DNA of 47,719 bases, from positions 1 to 47,719 of the forward strand of contig JANMTJ010000177.1 in the NCBI GenBank assembly GCA_031390295.1. Reading direction: 5' to 3'. A program made the position numbers and the translations under genes. Below, piece by piece: positions 47,093 to 47,719 of the stretch (position 1 is the first letter of the stretch; each line of letters starts with the position of its first letter). Origin of the DNA: Oleiharenicola sp. (GTDB lineage Bacteria > Verrucomicrobiota > Verrucomicrobiia > Opitutales > Opitutaceae). Below the pieces are notes generated by a model, which ran no database searches, had not been told where the DNA came from, and saw only the letters and a program-made list of their open reading frames with translations.

Positions 47093-47719
47093 TCAATGGC
47101 CGGCGCCGGCCGTGTGCTCCTGGATGTACTCCTGTTTGAGACCGAGATTTTCGGGCGCGTGCAGCACGAGCATCTTCATCCGGATATCCCCGGGCACCTG
47201 CGCGGCGGTGGCCTTGGAGACCACGATCATCAGGCCGATGGCCAGCGCCACGGTCCAGATAGCCGGCTGCTCGCACAGGATGCGGAGCAGCGGATGCTGC
47301 GCCCAGAAGGCGTTCAGTGGCTTGAACACCGCGAAGATCCTGCCCATCTCGCCGGGGTCGAGGGCCAGCGTGCTGGCGTTGGTGAGGGCGACGGCGACCA
47401 GGGCGCAGATACCGCCGGCCAGCATGCCGGTCGCCGCACCCTTCATCGTCATCCCGCGCCACCACACGCTCATGAACAGCAGCGGAAAGTAGCTTGAGGC
47501 GGCGATGGCGAAGGCCTGCCCGACCATGAAGTTGATCTCCAGCTTCTCGACGAAGCAGCCGAGCACGATGGCCACGCCCCCGGTGAGGACGGCGGCGAAC
47601 TTGAAGGCGACGAGGCGCTCCGCCTGGTTGGATTCGGGGCGGATCATGCGGCCATAAACGTCATGGGCCAGCGCGCCGGTCATCGAGACCAGCAGGCCGC
47701 TGAACGTGCTCATGAACGC
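47093..47719 (-). CDS. Sodium/cation:solute symporter (SSS, ActP-like), 5' end outside window
   Basis: AFMSTFSGLL...ALAHDVY, VGQAFAIAASSYFPLL..SVWWRGMT..GA..GM motifs. Confidence 0.85.
   Translation of the reverse strand, partial: AFMSTFSGLLVSMTGALAHDVYGRMIRPESNQAERLVAFKFAAVLTGGVAIVLGCFVEKLEINFMVGQAFAIAASSYFPLLFMSVWWRGMTMKGAATGMLAGGICALVAVALTNASTLALDPGEMGRIFAVFKPLNAFWAQHPLLRILCEQPAIWTVALAIGLMIVVSKATAAQVPGDIRMKMLVLHAPENLGLKQEYIQEHTAGAGH

Noticed and set aside
1-47719. CRISPR arrays, tRNA/rRNA genes, integrases, transposases, known riboswitches
   Set aside because: No regularly spaced repeat-spacer units, cloverleaf signatures or recombinase motifs seen by eye. Intergenic gaps are all under about 300 bp. 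An Rfam/tRNAscan run would be needed to exclude small RNAs.

Overview
GC-rich bacterial chromosomal window; gene content and repeat style suggest Verrucomicrobiota/Opitutaceae (inference). It contains about 36 genes, listed left to right. (1) A 5'-truncated hybrid histidine kinase with a convergent LuxR-type regulator, then rsmE and rsmD. (2) An MCE/Mla-type ABC operon (mlaE-mlaF-mlaD) headed by an unannotated aromatic-Pro repeat protein. (3) A TonB-dependent receptor facing an OppA-like binding protein + LytS kinase + LytTR regulator operon. (4) An arginine cluster (argC-argJ-[hss-odc]-argB-argD-argF, pilin-like gene, argG) with homospermidine biosynthesis genes embedded. (5) rplM-rpsI, DUF423-cca-tal, a GH20-like hydrolase, a second TonB-dependent receptor and purE. 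(6) An ECF sigma/anti-sigma/RDD operon. (7) putA with a duplicated, apparently replaced 3' end, followed by a lower-GC secreted propeller-hydrolase and partner gene (candidate toxin-immunity pair). (8) Two transporters. Several REP-like palindromes occupy intergenic gaps. I saw no tRNA, rRNA, CRISPR array, integrase or transposase. Best candidates for undescribed systems: the repeat protein + MlaEFD lipid-transport operon, the binding protein/LytS/LytTR/TBDR sensing circuit with putative LytTR boxes, and the putA-3'-linked hydrolase/partner cassette. All calls come from motif recognition by eye; no database searches were run.
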